Assembly (NCBI GenBank): GCA_963793425.1
Contig: CAWCAG010000007.1
Span: forward strand, 672,001 to 736,000
From: an uncultured cyanobacterium
GTDB lineage: Bacteria > Cyanobacteriota > Cyanobacteriia > Cyanobacteriales > CAWCAG01
Direction of reading: 5' to 3'
DNA length: 64,000 nucleotides
This document shows positions 61,017 through 64,000 of this stretch, piece after piece. Below the pieces are notes generated by a model. The model made no database searches, was not told where the DNA came from, and worked only from the letters and a program-made list of their open reading frames with translations. A program made the translations under genes and the position numbers. Position 1 is the stretch's first letter; each line of letters starts with the position of its first letter.

Positions 61017-62819
61017 ATGAGCGAAAAATTTAAGTTCTTTTGGCAAGTAGCGATCGCCGCTCAAAAAGCCTCAAGAAACTTTTCTAATCAGGGCTATAAA
61101 TTAGCTTTACTTACTTGGGTTATACTTTGTTTTTGTTCCCAGACAGTCTTAGCTAAACCATCTACTACTACTTCTTTTTACTTAGCTCAAAAACCTGACC
61201 CCAATGAAGAGCGTTTTCTCCAACCTCAGCCTCCTGTATCTCCTTTACCGGAAGAAGAAGAAGACACTCCTTCTCAACCTCCAACTCCTCCTCAAGCTTC
61301 CCCTCAAACTGAAAACTCAGAAACAATTGCTGTCAAAACAGTTATTGTTAGTGGCACAAGCATTTTTACAGAAGACGATTTAGCCAATATTATTCAACCT
61401 TTACTAAACCGTAATGTTACCTTACAAGAACTCCAAGAAGCTACTGATGCCATTACCCAGCGCTATTTAGAACAAGGTTATATTACTTCCAGGGCCATCT
61501 TAGATCAAAACAATATCACTCCTGATGGCACGGTCACAATTCAAGTGGTTGAAGGTAGCTTAGAAGCGATTGAAATCCAAGGCACTGAACGCTTAAAGGA
61601 AAGTTACATACGGAATCGCGTGGAATTAGGAACCGGTAAACCCTTAAATACTGGCGACTTAGAAGATCAACTACGCTTGCTCCGGGCTGATCCTCTTTTA
61701 GATAATGTCGAAGCCAACCTCCGTACGGGTAGCAATGCTAGCCAATCTATTTTAGTAGTTAGAGTAACCGAAGCCAATCCCTGGTCAGGGGGTTTAAGCA
61801 TTGATAACTATTCTCCCCCTAGTGTCGGTTCAGAAAGAATAGTCGGCAATCTTAGTAATGCCAACCTCACAGGTAACGGAGATAACTTAGGAGTTGCTTT
61901 TAGCCATACCACCAGAAGCGGTGCAGACACTTTAGATTTCAACTATCGCTTGCCTGTCAACCCCATGAACGGCACGGTACAGTTGAGGGCTTCTTTTAAC
62001 CGTAACGAAGTAGTAATAGACGATTTTAAAGCATTAGGTATTAGGGGAGAATCAGAATTATATGAAATTAGCTATCGCCAACCTTTAGTTAGAACACCCC
62101 GTGAAGAACTAGCTTTATCTTTAGGTTTTAGCTACCAAGACGGGCAAACTTTCACCTTTGCTGGGCCAACTCCTTTTGGTTTTGGTCCTAATGATGAAGG
62201 TATCACTACCACTAGCGTTTTTAAATTTGGTCAAGATTATTTGTTACGTCAACCCTCTGGCTCCTGGGCTTTTAGATCACAATTTAGCATTGGTACAGCA
62301 CTGTTTGGAGCCACAGAAAACTCTGAACCTAGAGTTCCTGACGGTCAATTCTTAAGTTGGTTAGGGCAAATTCAAAGGGTACAGGTAATCAATGAAAACA
62401 ACTTTCTGATTGGTTCAATAGATATACAACTGGCTGGAGATGGCTTACTTTCTTCCCAACAGTTTGTCATTGGTGGTGGACAGTCAGTACGGGGTTTTCG
62501 CCAGAATGTCCGTGCTGGAGATAGTGGAGTACGCTTTTCTTTAGAAGATAGGATTACTCTAGAAAGGGATGAAGCGGGAATTCCTACCTTTCAATTTGCT
62601 CCCTTTTTGGATCTTGGTTGGGTTTGGAATTCTGCACAAAACAGCAATCCATTACCAGACCAAACCTTTATCATGGGGGTTGGGGCCGGCATTCTTTGGA
62701 CACCGCTACCGAATTTTAATATCCGACTCGATTACGGTGTACCTTTAATCGATCTAGAGGATCGCGGGGAAAATGCCCAGGACAATGGTTTTTATTTTCG
62801 AGCAGGTTATCAGTTTTAG
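61017..62819 (+). CDS. ShlB/FhaC/HecB-family two-partner secretion (TpsB) transporter
   Basis: POTRA (T..Y..QGYITSRA); IGG..SVRGF; RLDYG; terminal F. Confidence 0.88.
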   Translation: MSEKFKFFWQVAIAAQKASRNFSNQGYKLALLTWVILCFCSQTVLAKPSTTTSFYLAQKPDPNEERFLQPQPPVSPLPEEEEDTPSQPPTPPQASPQTENSETIAVKTVIVSGTSIFTEDDLANIIQPLLNRNVTLQELQEATDAITQRYLEQGYITSRAILDQNNITPDGTVTIQVVEGSLEAIEIQGTERLKESYIRNRVELGTGKPLNTGDLEDQLRLLRADPLLDNVEANLRTGSNASQSILVVRVTEANPWSGGLSIDNYSPPSVGSERIVGNLSNANLTGNGDNLGVAFSHTTRSGADTLDFNYRLPVNPMNGTVQLRASFNRNEVVIDDFKALGIRGESELYEISYRQPLVRTPREELALSLGFSYQDGQTFTFAGPTPFGFGPNDEGITTTSVFKFGQDYLLRQPSGSWAFRSQFSIGTALFGATENSEPRVPDGQFLSWLGQIQRVQVINENNFLIGSIDIQLAGDGLLSSQQFVIGGGQSVRGFRQNVRAGDSGVRFSLEDRITLERDEAGIPTFQFAPFLDLGWVWNSAQNSNPLPDQTFIMGVGAGILWTPLPNFNIRLDYGVPLIDLEDRGENAQDNGFYFRAGYQF

Positions 62820-62897
62820 TAGGGAGTAGGGAGCAGGGAATAAAGACTTCTTCAAACTACCTAGCAAGTTGCTAATTATTCTAGCTCCCCAGCTCCC

Positions 62898-64000
62898 TCA
62901 ACCTCGCCCTGGTATCAAACTACTTTTCAAGCGTTGCATCGCCTTTTCTGTAACATCAGAGTAACGCAATTCTCCACAAAGGACTTTACTCATTAATTGG
63001 CCTGCGCTAGGTCTTTTCACCCCTACTTTATAAGCAATTTTAGGAAACTTATAAAACAATCCCGCCAAGCGTTGAGCAAGAACTAGATCAGAACCCCATT
63101 CTTGTTCAATAATTTTCGTATACTCCCCTAAAGCGTCCCTTTTACCTCCTAAAGCCTCACTAATCGCCTCCGCTGCTTTCATGCCGCTAAACATAGAAGG
63201 GCGAATTCCTTCAGCAGTGAGAGGGTCAACGAGACCAGCAGTTTCTCCTGCTAAAAGAGCATTTGAGGTATGTAGGGTTTTGTTTTCGCTCCATAGGTTC
63301 ATACAGCTTTGGTGATATTCACTTTTGCTGGTATCTAAACCTAATCCGGTGGCAAAATTGTTTAATTGCTTCTCTAATTCCTTTTCCTTACCTTTCCCCC
63401 CTAAAAATCCGGCACTAATTGAGTAACCATTGGCTTTAGGAAAAAGCCAAATCTGGCCGTTTTTCAGGGAACCAAAGTCAAAATGAGCCGTTTGACTATT
63501 TTCTGGGGAAACAGCAGTTTCTATTTCTAAAGCAGCAGCTAAGCATTGCTTGCTTGGTTTTAAACCTAACCAAGCAGCTAAAGGGCCACTAGCTCCATCG
63601 GCGGCGATTAAATAACGAGCATCGAAACTCCCGGTGGAAGTTGTTACGGTAACCCCATTTCCTCTTGCTTCAACCCCGGTAACTTCTGTTCCTTGTTTAA
63701 CCTCTGCTCCTTGCTCCTTAGCCCGCTCGATCAGAAACTGGTCAAATTCTCCCCGTTGTACCATCCACATAGGCTGAGGGCTGTTTAAAGGGACTTCCAC
63801 CACATCCCCTGATTTCCAGCTATAGCGTACTTGATTAACCGTAGTATTAATAACTGGTTGAAAATCAAAATCAAACCACTGAGCAACAGCAGGAGAAACC
63901 CCGCCACAGCATGGTTTATAGCGAGGTAAGGTTTCTTTTTCTAAAACTAAGACCGAGTGTCCTTTTTTGGCCAAATGATATGCGGCTGTACTTCCGGCCG
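62898..64000 (-). CDS. Geranylgeranyl-reductase-family FAD oxidoreductase (5' end outside window)
   Basis: Frame open to the window edge (..AGSTAAYHLAKKG); EKETLPRYKPCCGG; IAADG; GEtAG..DP..AEGI. Confidence 0.85.
   Translation of the reverse strand, partial: AGSTAAYHLAKKGHSVLVLEKETLPRYKPCCGGVSPAVAQWFDFDFQPVINTTVNQVRYSWKSGDVVEVPLNSPQPMWMVQRGEFDQFLIERAKEQGAEVKQGTEVTGVEARGNGVTVTTSTGSFDARYLIAADGASGPLAAWLGLKPSKQCLAAALEIETAVSPENSQTAHFDFGSLKNGQIWLFPKANGYSISAGFLGGKGKEKELEKQLNNFATGLGLDTSKSEYHQSCMNLWSENKTLHTSNALLAGETAGLVDPLTAEGIRPSMFSGMKAAEAISEALGGKRDALGEYTKIIEQEWGSDLVLAQRLAGLFYKFPKIAYKVGVKRPSAGQLMSKVLCGELRYSDVTEKAMQRLKSSLIPGRG

Overview
Cyanobacterial chromosomal segment, judged from frequent HIP1 GCGATCGC octamers, heptameric STRR-type repeats, and CRR7, COP23, DUF3370, DUF3120 and Uma2 genes. 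The main feature is a minus-strand tandem array at 1-7330 of DUF4157 (eCIS core / PVC-metallopeptidase-type) polymorphic effector cassettes. Each unit has a conserved upstream motif and RBS and a conserved ~70-aa leader (MRTRTHL..SLEEMEI..NAERLGDHMVDFSQS). The two complete units add DUF4157, an IQR junction, an unrelated C-terminal domain, and a tightly coupled signal-peptide/lipoprotein gene (putative immunity). The same upstream motif and leader recur at ~16.3 kb on a C39-like peptidase lacking DUF4157, so the leader appears to be an independent targeting tag. The rest is housekeeping and accessory genes: cya1-like cyclase, uppP, WecA/TagO-like transferase, a NarL two-component pair, a CheB-CheR hybrid kinase, mtnP, fba, two giant TPS-CHAT exoproteins plus a TpsB, a ygiBC-like pair, a MocR regulator with operator and hidden divergent sORF, mnmE, purC-bamA-lpxC-fabZ-lpxA-lpxB, CapA, and a GGDEF-EAL protein. 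Several large genes carry single-base frameshifts (assembly error or pseudogenisation). All family calls come from motif recognition by eye; no searches were run.
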